A DNA stretch of 64,000 nucleotides, taken from an archaeon (GTDB lineage Archaea > Nanobdellota > Nanobdellia > Woesearchaeales > JAADFO01). The notes beneath the pieces are model-generated. The model searched no databases, had not been told where the DNA came from, and saw nothing but the letters and a program-made list of their open reading frames with translations. A program made the translations under genes and the position numbers. How positions within the stretch are numbered: the first letter of the stretch is position 1; every line of letters begins with the position of its first letter. This document shows positions 43,901 through 50,140 of the stretch, one piece after another. The stretch covers positions 16,492 to 80,491 of the forward strand of contig JBDRHG010000017.1 of the NCBI GenBank assembly GCA_043817075.1, read 5' to 3'.

Positions 43901-46900
43901 AGACCGACATCAAGAGGCTCGAGGCCTTCGTCAATCTCTCGCGTTCCGTCAGGATCATCGATGCCGGTCCGCAAAGGTACGCGACATCGCTCAATCCGGT
44001 GCTCTATGTCGAGACCTTACGTCAGGCGACATGTCAGGTCGACCGCGTCTGGCAGGACGGCAATGCCATCAGCGACTGGATCAGGGACCTCTTCGATCCT
44101 GGACAGGAGATGGTGCCCAATGCTGGCAGGTTCTACAGACAGGAGCTCCAGCTCTTCGGGCTGGAAGAGAGCGCGACATACGCCTTCGACGTCTACTGCG
44201 AGGATGTGGCGGGCGAACTGGAAGGCGCCGAGACGACCATCGAATTCATGGTGGTAGGCCCCCTCGACGTCGAACTGGAGGCGCCCCGTCATGGTGCGTC
44301 GCGATTCCTCCCCTTCCCGATCAAGGTGACGACAAATCGTTTCGCCGAATGCCGTTATGACGCATCAGGCGTCCCTCACAATTTCATCAACAAGAAGCGG
44401 TTCGAGGTGACGGATGCCGACATCCATGTCATCTACAGCTATCCTGGGATCGGACCGTTCAACGTGATGTGCCAAGATGAGTTCAATTACACGGAAGCGA
44501 GGTCCTACATGCTCACCCTGTCACGTGACCAGCCGGTGATCCTCGCTGCCGAGGCCCGCCCCGCGCGAGTCCTCTACCAGGTCGATGACGGCGTGGCAGG
44601 GACGACCGATCTCGAGACGATGGTAGTGGTGGACACGAATGAGGAGACGGTGTGCAGGTACAGCGACAGGACAAGGAATTACCTGGAGATGGAGAAGATG
44701 TTCATGGGTCATGATCCCGAGAACAGAAGCTCGTTCTCCGAGCATCATGAGATGCGGCTCACCAACCTGCCGGACGAGACCGAATTCCTCATCCATGTGG
44801 CTTGCGAAAACCTCGCCGGTCGTTTCTCCGACGCGTCGGATGTGGCGTATGTGACCAACCTCAACGCCCCGCTTGACATCTATTTCAATGAGCCGCGAGA
44901 CAACGGACACTATGCGCAGGGTGATCTGGACATCAACATCTCCACGAATAAGCTGTCCACCTGCTATTATGGGGCATCCGAGGAAAATATCTCTCGGAGC
45001 TTCTCCAAATCGGACGGCCTCCGCCATTTCAACGAGTTGACCGGCGACTTCGATGACGGATCGCATGTGCTCTGGGTCGAATGCGAATTCGGTCAGGAAT
45101 CCTTGAGGACGAGCACGACGTTCTCTGTCGACGGATCGAAACCGGAGGACCCCGTCGTCACCCAGGAGAACGACACCAATAGGCTCGACAGGCTCAAAGC
45201 GTCGTGGTCTGCCGCCGATCCTGAATCCGGCATCGCCCGGTATGAGTACGCGATCGGATCGACCACGACGAAGCAGGACATCGTGGACTGGACTGATGTC
45301 GGTCCTGATACGTCTGACACCGCCTACGGCCTCAGCCTGACGAAAGGAAGGACCTATTATTGGTTCGTCCGCGCAGAGAACGGGGCCGGCATATGGAGCG
45401 ATATCGGAAGGGGAAGCGGCACACGTGTGCTTGAGAGCGCGACGAATTCGACAGGTGCCTGCCATGACGAACTGCATAACGGCCATGAGACCGACACTGA
45501 CTGCGGTGGTCCTGATCCTGATTGCGGCAGGTGCGGCAACGGGAAGGGATGCGACGAGCATGACGATTGCACGAGCGGCTATTGCGGCCCTGACGATTTC
45601 TGCGGAGTGGACATGTGCGAGAATGGATTGCAAGATGATGATACTGACGAGACCGACATCGACTGCGGCGGCGACTGCGAACCCTGCGGGGTGGGTGACA
45701 GCTGTGAAGTCAACGCCGACTGCGGGTCGGCTACCTGTACCGGCGGCATCTGCGTCGAGGCGAGCTGTTCGGATCACCAACGCAACGGTTTCGAGAGCGG
45801 TGTGGATTGCGGCGGACCGACATGCGATATGTGCCCCTCAGGAGAGGGATGTGAGGAGCATGAGGACTGCGAGAGCGGCGTCTGCGACAATCGGTTCTGT
45901 TCAGAGGAATCATGCGATGACGGCGTGAAGAACGGCGACGAGATCGACCGCGATTGCGGCGGCAGCTGCGGAAAATGCGGCGACGGAAAACGATGTGTCA
46001 ATGGCAATGACTGCCTCAGCGGCAATTGCGATGAAGGGTATTGCGAACACGGCACCACCCCGGACAGCACAGGAGGGAATGACGACGACAATGACGGCAT
46101 GCCCAATGAGTGGGAGCTTGCCAACGGACTCAATCCTCAACTCGACGACGCCATGGACGACCGTGACGAGGATGAACTCACTAATTACGAGGAATATGTC
46201 GAAAAGACCGACCCGAGGATGGCAGACACCGACGACGATGGATTCGATGATGTCATCGAGCTTGATGCCGGGACCGATCCTCTGAATCCGGATAGCCATC
46301 CCTCCAAGAGCAGCTTCTTCTCGGTCCTGCTCCTCATCCTGGCCATCATCGCGCTGCTTGCTGGCGGCGGATACCTGGCCTATGAGGAAGTGTACAAGAA
46401 GAGGGCCAAGAAGAGACCTAAGACATTCAGTGGCGATACGCCTTTTGGTAAAGGACCACAGAAACCCCTAGGAACGCCCCCGATCAAGCAGGAAGGTCCT
46501 CCGATATCTGATAAACCTCCTGTGACGAAGACGCAGACGAAACGGAAGGAGCAAGCCGAACAATATCTCAACAGGATGCGGAGGACACCGACAGGGGTGA
46601 CCCCTATGAAAGATGCACCTAAGGATGCCGGCAAGGACTGGCTATCGCTCGAGGAGCTGGCCAAGGATAAGCCGAGGACCGCACCGGCCAAGTCTGTGAC
46701 GAGGACCGGTGACATCTTCGAGGAGCTGGGGAAGAAGACAGGCACAGGTAGCATGACACCGACATCTGTCCCGGTCGTCATGCCCAAGAGAAAGATGGAG
46801 GGAACGGCTGGGTCGACCAAGCATCCTGAGAAGAAGGCCGAAGACAGCATCTTCGATGAACTGGAGAAGAAGACCGGCGGGACGAAGAAGAGGCCGGCCG

Positions 46901-47286
46901 GACCATCACACCCCATATCGGATGACATCTTCGAGGAGCTGGAGAAGAAGACAGGAAAAGGACCGATGAAGTCTGGAATCGCTCCTGTCAAGTCGAAAGC
47001 TAAACCATCACCATCGACGACTAAGGAGAAAGCGGCAGCGAAGAAGAAGACTCCGGTGAAGACACCGGCCCCGACCAAGAGAGCCGCCAAACCCAAAGCG
47101 GCTGCCAAGAAGCCTGCCCAAGAGGATCCGTTCAAGAGACTCAAGGAGAGCGGACTGGTGAGCAAGAGACGGATCGAAGAGCTCGCCGCGTCCAGCGGTA
47201 CGAAAGGCAAGGACGTGTTCAAAGAGCTCGAGACGGATGTCATCGAGAAGGACAACAGGATGAAGGATGCGAGGAAGCGTAAATGA
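28987..47286 (+). CDS. giant 6099-aa membrane-anchored surface protein (Cys-rich head, long Ig/FN3-like array, Cys-rich and Asp-rich juxtamembrane region, TM, Lys/Pro-rich tail)
   Basis: N-terminal signal; many DxTxP / DxAGN Ig-like repeats; CxxGxxxGxExDxDCGG repeats; DDDNDGMPNEWE; TM FFSVLLLILAIIALLAGGGYLAY; start TTG 28987 or ATG 28990. Confidence 0.92.
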   Translation: MMQKRGNFVFIVLSLVIGVIAFSSTLTAQSNLLPCCSDPDIGPAYYCYKAYDTKPEQMDINDYLTVDMCCGDGITACPAFSLATDGCDSVQACQDAGCCCTENSPLGTLTSEGGCSGVIKHFFPGVFNTGQCNGICEKQYECSDGIDNDNDGKTDYDPDGNGDPQCDSPTHDSEADGGTLEEDCTTAEDEDGDGFASCLDSECRQESCGTICSDYTDHVYSSADDQVFDLCCADGTSAQSNADDAIAPLDCLLDTLGADVCASECPTPPPTCDDLTSQGQAVCDTQDGCEWCENTDPQTCIVEGGACDLPVLPCDQRTVATCKDGNDVNQIKCYLCDSASCLESCANCVGFPVQDASVWECQAQGGNVCDNVECGQNAACETGSGVCRCDVVGGDQYYDETPDSCTPEGDTIVPPMPGGRDCIAENLCSECGNGIREEGEDCDDGNEIDDDDCGNDCRWNIVSACEDNGGKCCPENTLCMGAEGQGLPGGWDCTGGELCYTGCTSCVIATEENCRDGSDVGEGNDHDGKPDCLDFDCHEDSCGMSNCQRTEYENNVYDATEPPDGTLDTCCFFSSWLRDCDEDGTPEACRLQPCDCDDGAKTPIFPPATPRVAFDHKTGGSDADHAPEITITWDFHEGECDTAANFNIYRCDKTMWGGEGCQEGDEDILTVPARFDADAPLNEIPLPGATRSYLETNVAAGKDYCYLIEANYGPTSMFSKVVCTYTGDEICFIEDGQFCFDPEGLVPTRGYQCSEENTFTPTSTDPYVKSDDEIRDCNEFTEGDYEAICREKSDNTVDCFISGPCEPCNFPMGMFYSWQDSITELSDGEWDNCHKAETGCFLEYSMTTVDQFRSCKDIDSCYAYRSEKACEGTYGSPYTGSGNPCLDNACEWVPIMPEFGVGVCRDTEPERQECSWCDEGHYNQMLGSCTEQLCQATGEECYLDEEGSCLHGSTLSCESYDDREDCLGRGQISGIKVDVGGRIGDGRTNDIYERSQDFLGFGLCSWSTTDEECFKDANYDASRDPHAKDLFPPITHVQVPTWKRPQGVFPDQDLYLADEIVISGVVTDQYPEGVLCKWPDLDAPNNADNKDNCTGPTKLFYAIYSLNPLSPERIVRQIMVEPTNVLVNTDGTIVETTKELESGIYQLFYYAMDKADNLEVVKNLTIEVDKTDPVITFMDPPTFTLGTPPDFESDVLILFSVSEEVTCTADRLTKLDDPEWTDLPFIPGEFPNLYGVDFYAQFETLLDGSYEYEVTCNDRLGNEAVEKIEFRIEADRRITTPKPEGTIDYSTEILLQVFTENNAVCEIMNHGGTEWELMTTVPNPDGTGYFHEKTVADLGPSPDRTYIHDVRCTFEVSGDVVTDSIVFTVDTTRPAIRFLDDSGNDFNFAVWYGEDSPPYMYIECVDDGFGCEDDLYFCTSTFLEEDCDPETETVPGASNGPVPFPISELAGHPSIVSQRICVEGLEQKSPDETMGGRETEPAVCHTIMADQVGPELFVNEVWVESEPYRTTDQTSITLTGSVLDYGYHDDSGVSATGGEVVTIEDHTFREFTLNATLEFEGTKGDVVVRRASDGEMVVARIDKTNPLPDELMLIHFAADGSIVSQQRESVADVEATIFKVKVSAQGDAFVFEVADVGRVTATFPGAPALGEIGVSAPLAAESTPVKISDIRVIDEEIDRTKNKVRLEITNVPGHMVETFCDANGHFEATLTGLQEGENTIRIRGFDRAGNVDIASAGGNKDLYGVFVDNYGPVISGPFRLTDAGGRGIEHAEYGQPVMIEIDVDESTLRGLDTGSDNAQVNVTRVMVEINGKTYEMGFQDDTAGHWETGTWNITIPVEDVAAWGVGTFIVTFTAEDEFGHTATAEFTGEEDGFNVKDETVPVLNTLIPTFEVYGSALVTNAETIDLIATYTELRPLNISVQIVGKDENGDTVFTVLKEEGLTGGTDQTITITVPLYPGQNDITMQLWDESYNVNTGTPAVFSNGKNQLRVFRDIVAPDITEPTIKGEGSGIGKKIEYGTNATIEFTVDDTRYTKHVTEVALVIQHEDGTAHGSRTAVYTNEEEGPVKIKYEMNVTETGYGIFDLEIGNYTVTVTATDAYGNTEPTVEAIFEIVDTTPPEIILEIQEMGEVVEIISRGNSNRREYDVVLFANEPIKDISTFSYQYNPPCDDVAIPEFAQTFAPRTDTEERVWEGKLWIPLGYACYNDADEEEIDFIIEGIDHNDFPFSIAEGDITPESFIMDNVGPAAPVFYFPTDDMFPRDADISDPYYSIEETVTVFGYTVDSDEDAIGDVPVVVLHSPDQTAWSNIPVQSSQESACGEQARLESLASEGATEVFVNGNFEQYGAGGFNLFIEYDHRADYTYYPISGAAYDDIVGRTRITLSEPLEKEANQGTAVMRCPYPEPTGYFLAAIPLGEGRTYIRARSQDLLSNWGETTGAFLVIKDLTPPVLVSTTPDADYISAEPIDQVRVEIEDPGAGFNCSSFNLTIEMYNMTDAGDEPRYCASCDIETECEDGDTEAIFILLSDAEGGLFDKDGEEGLDEGIYYGSISVRDLAGNELTHEWVFTTDSNSTHIPMLSVADGFTYGRTLYVPDLRPDLVLNYAYDNNKHIEILSMGKTPEESPQHQPIYTRINNTAFSLAFSQDLWEDFGLATPLSPTTLHRLLVESRKEYSSDNWSNVGSHSRFFVVDVTDPVLDPAPVAVRNATPVVNGSWDDRNINYVTVYGADVLGNYNATLVEDGYAGTYSVTVQLNNAQEGLKDILVRAWDKAGNPSEEMSAEVMLDYTAPIASCGYGLSGTWTNQAQTVILTGSDSISSVGRILYCEGEECSPTIVYEEPIPYDIDTEEIVRFQVFDLADNPSDNMTCRVMIDLTPPTVDINKDVADDASVNTDATFDLTADCDISGCAWLRWCDGEGCDPASGYEYNAPVTVSAEGGHVIRYGAQDNAGNLADVGEIRFAIDKTSAVLDPVTFENDNIFQLDELTYRTNRDNLTISGTISEPADVVISVTDASKVPKLTDVESFSENVKLNVRGKDNSLHTVTIEITDPAGNIATYDFMVEYDMRGPVINVTSPVQVCDHSGCTYHINTNTPSVIVETDRDAVCRIDPYLSGTFIDMTMGGTEHGYDGYGVLIENDYGFAVECTGDQLGNTNTQQFTFTVDTTAPELVLGLTNGEWDESLGEENVWRVMHREDGLIQTRIKAEDTAIPKDDIVCWYESCEGCTPGQGDLDNQPPFGNDTLYMGNQQERVIYPVGTNDEYLYTIDCRDRASNVATGMIRVINNVPSQIQVVETYPSNNAFIGSNDFTFYAVTNEYGECTYNDGAVQALDGAAYNHTTRIRAEDGWYRYDIVCTSSDSPTSTSSTVSFTVDTEPPSAPTISADIPEGIPAANDAPTFQFQSEDSAGIKGFSYELTAHPSTRPDEEQDTDGNSASFSELEGGTYYFHVRAVDNAGIWGETAHYMIIIDTSAPEAPKIKVDPEYSRDGRINVSGTTSSEDEVVDVTIEVLYDSMVLAGSSVTVISDGKFSSSIILPGDYEHYEIRAYASDRLGNGAGLYSNVVDAFRIQTGPSLIGTRPYNNERICEVKEVIATLESYGEIEISGASTMVIEDSNGQEVVEDNGNVDVKIDRNAGTAKLTFKPAENPLPDGAYGVAIFASDVLGNTAEFYSYFEVNQYAPCIGWNITPNVTPLDQIVLNPIQSPTGNRIVQISGTVRYTDGTPADQATVEILVKKDDGAYGLIDTIRTDASGGFLREHTFRDGEGPYFIKVEAHDYTGSSASSLTTQVNYVSSAPDMVLVSPAEGSRTREADTVTYYLAQQDDAIIVSHDEMLIETSTGRRISTTVEEIGCSVPECTIMKRLMIGEVLPDGTYEVRVNADDILGNSELFTPTFEIDTDVPEIVFETPTSREFEDDTVFVVENSLSVLGRIQSDNPPFTGTLQVNSRTPEQMDIYEYSGSWRFTTPIRLEDGDNRLRYRITDASGNEADVTVVAHKKPSGFTPQVIITSPQSGGTLTRTNILVGTYSHPKGYLDRMRLLVNGQQAKEVEFASGTFSTDVTISEGTDTITIEAIDRWQDTVSDEITLTYGGAEVPYTVVLDPITTPTNNPGITVQGRVDDIASGLPAGGVDVLIGVGSTSRTITAEMDGSFSEPWTLRGANQMHIVSVSALAGDGFPSEPAFQEVWYVTAIPGFSASPNSQDTYHTVETIVLQAEQIDDATLGVSNPSLVSGTSNYAVTGPSPEFCGHQCRSFVFAVDEDLADGDYVFSYRVSDTLQETDRETRFTVDSEAPLIRITTPIELEDESGDAAISGIYVGQDTLHVEGIIEGVGISSSDDVQETNADEVFPCGNDVCFNHDIDLVAGSQTISLHVTDRQGRRGTRSIIVHRKGVGGNFIRIVAPSDGATVFFEDVSIEGVYGDPYVKKIDVYANGDFQETVDSFFGSSFTARVELDEGENLIRVVEEDHFGDTTQDEIVLIYSSSGLSAGIACGEGQNPCYTNAGQVTVSGTVPSALDVIATLTVKNSEGTQEYPLGLTGADNAFSQTIVLEAGSNTLKIIAEDAQGRAESGELVIIRDNDLPEVRIEFLQNAKPAPNVTASDATDIKVLYTEKYPRTLEWRLNSGTYDGVLIESPAFPREDFHLAEGQLLREGSNLAEATVEDKAGNRNSASASIILDTAAPEIRITTVTAPEHTIFHDMGKYKTNAESVIIHGTYADDNFKAVYLEGKSKTPVDAIGGSFEIEVPVSAKKGTEAEYNFTVVAEDQGGLTAEATVTVVVDNGVPTAEISNMATEGGKYYTAEERPLIDILVSEQADCELVYRPKDFTSDFIQPFTDLGDHDHRVQLLNNLDFAIGENTGNSVIVQCTDVFGNAGESLKTTIVVDKVEPSIISFGLSNALLEEEEEDTKRYTVVTNPFTEIFVDEASEPLRCRYGTSPDFDTMTNQFGDYPSFKLSTLSGIIELVDQQEYTYYFGCEDRALRQTDIKRLEAFVNLSRSVRIIDAGPQRYATSLNPVLYVETLRQATCQVDRVWQDGNAISDWIRDLFDPGQEMVPNAGRFYRQELQLFGLEESATYAFDVYCEDVAGELEGAETTIEFMVVGPLDVELEAPRHGASRFLPFPIKVTTNRFAECRYDASGVPHNFINKKRFEVTDADIHVIYSYPGIGPFNVMCQDEFNYTEARSYMLTLSRDQPVILAAEARPARVLYQVDDGVAGTTDLETMVVVDTNEETVCRYSDRTRNYLEMEKMFMGHDPENRSSFSEHHEMRLTNLPDETEFLIHVACENLAGRFSDASDVAYVTNLNAPLDIYFNEPRDNGHYAQGDLDINISTNKLSTCYYGASEENISRSFSKSDGLRHFNELTGDFDDGSHVLWVECEFGQESLRTSTTFSVDGSKPEDPVVTQENDTNRLDRLKASWSAADPESGIARYEYAIGSTTTKQDIVDWTDVGPDTSDTAYGLSLTKGRTYYWFVRAENGAGIWSDIGRGSGTRVLESATNSTGACHDELHNGHETDTDCGGPDPDCGRCGNGKGCDEHDDCTSGYCGPDDFCGVDMCENGLQDDDTDETDIDCGGDCEPCGVGDSCEVNADCGSATCTGGICVEASCSDHQRNGFESGVDCGGPTCDMCPSGEGCEEHEDCESGVCDNRFCSEESCDDGVKNGDEIDRDCGGSCGKCGDGKRCVNGNDCLSGNCDEGYCEHGTTPDSTGGNDDDNDGMPNEWELANGLNPQLDDAMDDRDEDELTNYEEYVEKTDPRMADTDDDGFDDVIELDAGTDPLNPDSHPSKSSFFSVLLLILAIIALLAGGGYLAYEEVYKKRAKKRPKTFSGDTPFGKGPQKPLGTPPIKQEGPPISDKPPVTKTQTKRKEQAEQYLNRMRRTPTGVTPMKDAPKDAGKDWLSLEELAKDKPRTAPAKSVTRTGDIFEELGKKTGTGSMTPTSVPVVMPKRKMEGTAGSTKHPEKKAEDSIFDELEKKTGGTKKRPAGPSHPISDDIFEELEKKTGKGPMKSGIAPVKSKAKPSPSTTKEKAAAKKKTPVKTPAPTKRAAKPKAAAKKPAQEDPFKRLKESGLVSKRRIEELAASSGTKGKDVFKELETDVIEKDNRMKDARKRK

Positions 47287-47867
47287 GGAGAAGAATGGAG
47301 AAGAGGGCCCAGATTCCGGGTCAGGTCATCATCTATATCTTCGGCGCGGCTGTCGTCATCATGGTCCTGTTCTTCGGCCTGCGGGCGGTCACATCGCTTG
47401 GCCAGCAATCAAAAGACATCGCCAGGGTCAATTTCGAGAAGTCGCTCAACCGTGAGATATCACAGCTCGTGGTCGAATGGGGTTCCATGTCAGAGAAGAC
47501 ATTCTCCCTTCCAGCAGGGGTCAACAGGATCTGCTTCATCGACGCGACCATCGACCCGATGGATCCTTCTGAGATAACAACGGAGAATCTCGCCAAGCTC
47601 AATCCTATCATGGTCAATTACTGGAAAAGCGCCAATGCTGATGAATCGAAAGAGAACGTATTCCTCATCGGCGAGCAGGTCGAGCCCATCTTCATCGGTG
47701 AGGAGCATAGCGGCGAATCGTATTTCCAGGTGGCACCCGTCATAGGATCCGTCCCGCAAGGCGCACTCTGGTTTTCAGGCGTGCTCTGTCCGCCGGTCAC
47801 CGACCGCCGCTTCACCATCACCATCTCCGGCGAGGGCAGATTTGCCAAGATCGATCTTCCTGGGTAA
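47283..47867 (+). CDS. type IV pilin-like protein
   Basis: EKRA|QIPGQVIIYIFGAAVVIMVLFFG; overlaps the giant gene stop. Confidence 0.82.
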   Translation: MRRRMEKRAQIPGQVIIYIFGAAVVIMVLFFGLRAVTSLGQQSKDIARVNFEKSLNREISQLVVEWGSMSEKTFSLPAGVNRICFIDATIDPMDPSEITTENLAKLNPIMVNYWKSANADESKENVFLIGEQVEPIFIGEEHSGESYFQVAPVIGSVPQGALWFSGVLCPPVTDRRFTITISGEGRFAKIDLPG

Positions 47868-47882
47868 TGGGTGGACAGCAAG

Positions 47883-49007
47883 ATGAAGCGTAAATCAGCC
47901 GCAATCTCTATACAGTTCAACTGGATATTCGTGCTCATAGTGGGCGGCCTGATCCTCGGAGGCGTCATCTGGATAGTCAACACCCATAAGGAATCGGCGA
48001 GGACATCGGTGGACCGGGAGATCCGCGCGAAGCTGCAGACCATCCTGACCACAGGGCAGCAGAGCGCGACGACGACCTATTCCATCAAGATTCCGAAAGT
48101 GGAGCTCTATTTCTCATGCGACGGCTTCGCGGTCGGTAAAGAGCAGATCAATCCCGTCCGCTTCAAGCCAGCGTTCTCTCAAGACACCATCGAGACGAAA
48201 TGGTCGCGCATCCTCGTGTTCTCCGGGGATATCAGCAGGCCTTTCCGTATCGGTTCGGCGCTCTATGTCACACCTCCGGACAGGAGATACATCCTACTAC
48301 GGAACAACGATCCCATCGATGAGGATTCTCACAAGTATCTCCTGCAACTGTACGCCAGTGCGACGCATGTCTCCTTGCCTGACAACGTCACCAAGGAAGT
48401 TGCTGACAGCTGCACCATATTGGATGTCAAGGGCCATCCTCAGGTGCAGATCGCGTTCTTCGACAATGGAGATCCTGGGACGTTGAGCAAGTTGCAGGAA
48501 TGCGCGAACAAGTTCTCAGAGATGGACGACGACAAGGTCACTGCGGTGGGCATCCATCTGCATCAGGGCGGTCTGGACGGCTCTGGTTGGCTGACCTTCT
48601 ATGAGAAACGAGATGATCAGTTTGTCCCGGCACCTGGCGCAGAACAGGCCACCTATCTGGGACGGGAGCTCATCCTCGGTGCCATCATCTCTTCGAACAG
48701 AGAGACCTATCTCTGTGGCCTCGAGGATATGCTCGACCGGTTCCAGCTGGTCTCCGAGTTCCAGGAATTACGTACGGCACAGCTCATCGTGGATCACCCT
48801 GATGATAGATGCAATGCCTATTACGATGAAGCATTTACTGATCTGGAAGGACTCAACAACGTGCTTGAGATGGATGATCGGGCCGGCCCTATCAACCGCA
48901 TGCAGCTGACCCAGGTCGAGAATATCAGGGTGTACGCCCAGAACATCGAGGCCCATAACCGGCGTCTCGAATTGAGGAGAGGGATCGACTGCGCATTGCT
49001 CTATTGA
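47883..49007 (+). CDS. pilin-like protein (atypical class III signal)
   Basis: MKRKSAAISIQFNWIFVLIVGGLILGG; start ATG 47883 (GTG 47871 possible). Confidence 0.78.
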   Translation: MKRKSAAISIQFNWIFVLIVGGLILGGVIWIVNTHKESARTSVDREIRAKLQTILTTGQQSATTTYSIKIPKVELYFSCDGFAVGKEQINPVRFKPAFSQDTIETKWSRILVFSGDISRPFRIGSALYVTPPDRRYILLRNNDPIDEDSHKYLLQLYASATHVSLPDNVTKEVADSCTILDVKGHPQVQIAFFDNGDPGTLSKLQECANKFSEMDDDKVTAVGIHLHQGGLDGSGWLTFYEKRDDQFVPAPGAEQATYLGRELILGAIISSNRETYLCGLEDMLDRFQLVSEFQELRTAQLIVDHPDDRCNAYYDEAFTDLEGLNNVLEMDDRAGPINRMQLTQVENIRVYAQNIEAHNRRLELRRGIDCALLY

Positions 49008-49020
49008 TCACGAAAGGACC

Positions 49021-49548
49021 ATGAAGACCGGATACATGAATCGGACAGGGAAACGTGCCCAGATGGAGATGGGTGAGACCATAGCGGTGCTCTTCGTCTT
49101 CATCCTCATCGTCATGATAGGATTCGTGGTGTATGTCCAGTTCCAACTGAAGGGAGAGCAAGAAGCGGTCGAGGAGGCCCGTATCCTCGGCGCGAATGAG
49201 GTGGCGCAACGCGCCTCCTATCTTCCGGAGCTCAGCTGTTCTGCCGGCAACGTGCCGGTGTTCAACTGCTTCGACATCCTCAAGCTCGACGTCAACGAGG
49301 ATGAAGGCGTGATAGCTGGAAAACGCAGCGAATACTATGATCTGTTGAGATATTCGCGGATATCAGTCGAACAGATCTATCCCCCACCTGCTTCTCCTGA
49401 AGGATTCTGGACAATATATGATAATGTGCCAGATGACACGAAATCGAAGAAACAAACGCTCATCCCAGTGTCTTTGCTTAATCCATCCGGTGCGAGGGGA
49501 GAGGAATACTATTTCGGGCTGATGAAGGTGGATACCTATTATCAATAG
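49021..49548 (+). CDS. type IV pilin-like protein
   Basis: GKRA|QMEMGETIAVLFVFILIVMIGFVVY. Confidence 0.82.
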   Translation: MKTGYMNRTGKRAQMEMGETIAVLFVFILIVMIGFVVYVQFQLKGEQEAVEEARILGANEVAQRASYLPELSCSAGNVPVFNCFDILKLDVNEDEGVIAGKRSEYYDLLRYSRISVEQIYPPPASPEGFWTIYDNVPDDTKSKKQTLIPVSLLNPSGARGEEYYFGLMKVDTYYQ

Positions 49549-50062
49549 ACGAAGAAGAGGACAGGGAAAAAAAGGTCAGACCGAGCTGCTCGGATTGGCC
49601 ATCGTCGTGGTGCTCATCACGATAGGATTGTTCTTCGCGCTGGTCTATTTCAGCGGGAACAAGGATTCCACCAGCCGACAGGAGTTCATCCATTCTGAGC
49701 TCGCGCACAAGTTCCTCATGACCTTCTTCAAGACCACGACCTCGACGGACTGCAAGGGACTGACGTTTACGGACCTATACAAGGACTGTGCGAGATCCAT
49801 AGCTGAAGAAGGGGATATCCAATGCATAGATAGCGGAGGGAATGCGCAAGGTTCGTGTGAGTTCATCCGAGGGATCACCGCATCCGCGCTTGAGAATGTC
49901 CTCGAGTACAAGGTATACGGATTCGAGGCCACCACACCGACAAAAGAATTGGTGATGATCAATCCTGATCCCGCCCAACGTTGCACCTCATGGAAGAGCA
50001 AGGTCTATGGCATCCCGCTCAATCCGGGCACCATCGTCATCAAGCTCAAGATATGCGAGTGA
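49538..50062 (+). CDS. type IV pilin-like protein, probable non-AUG start
   Basis: In frame upstream of the TTG at 49595 reads INRRRRGQGKKG|QTELLGLAIVVVLITIGLFF; no ATG/GTG/TTG between the stop at 49523-49525 and KKGQ, so the start position is uncertain. Confidence 0.75.
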   Translation: MINRRRRGQGKKGQTELLGLAIVVVLITIGLFFALVYFSGNKDSTSRQEFIHSELAHKFLMTFFKTTTSTDCKGLTFTDLYKDCARSIAEEGDIQCIDSGGNAQGSCEFIRGITASALENVLEYKVYGFEATTPTKELVMINPDPAQRCTSWKSKVYGIPLNPGTIVIKLKICE

Positions 50063-50100
50063 TGCGCAGAAGTCGGTAGATAGGTGAAGGTCAAATGATG

Positions 50101-50130
50101 AAGAAAAAGAGATAAAAAAAAATTAATTCT
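50101..50130 (-). terminator. putative T-rich archaeal terminator of hppA
   Basis: A-tracts on the plus strand (T-tracts on minus) just downstream of the hppA stop, between convergent genes. Confidence 0.4.
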
Positions 50131-50140
50131 TACTGTGCCT

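Noticed and set aside
44521-47408. Long antisense ORFs (419 aa, 342 aa) and similar ones throughout the window
   Set aside because: Shadows of GC-rich, codon-biased sense genes, with no motifs or independent expression signals.
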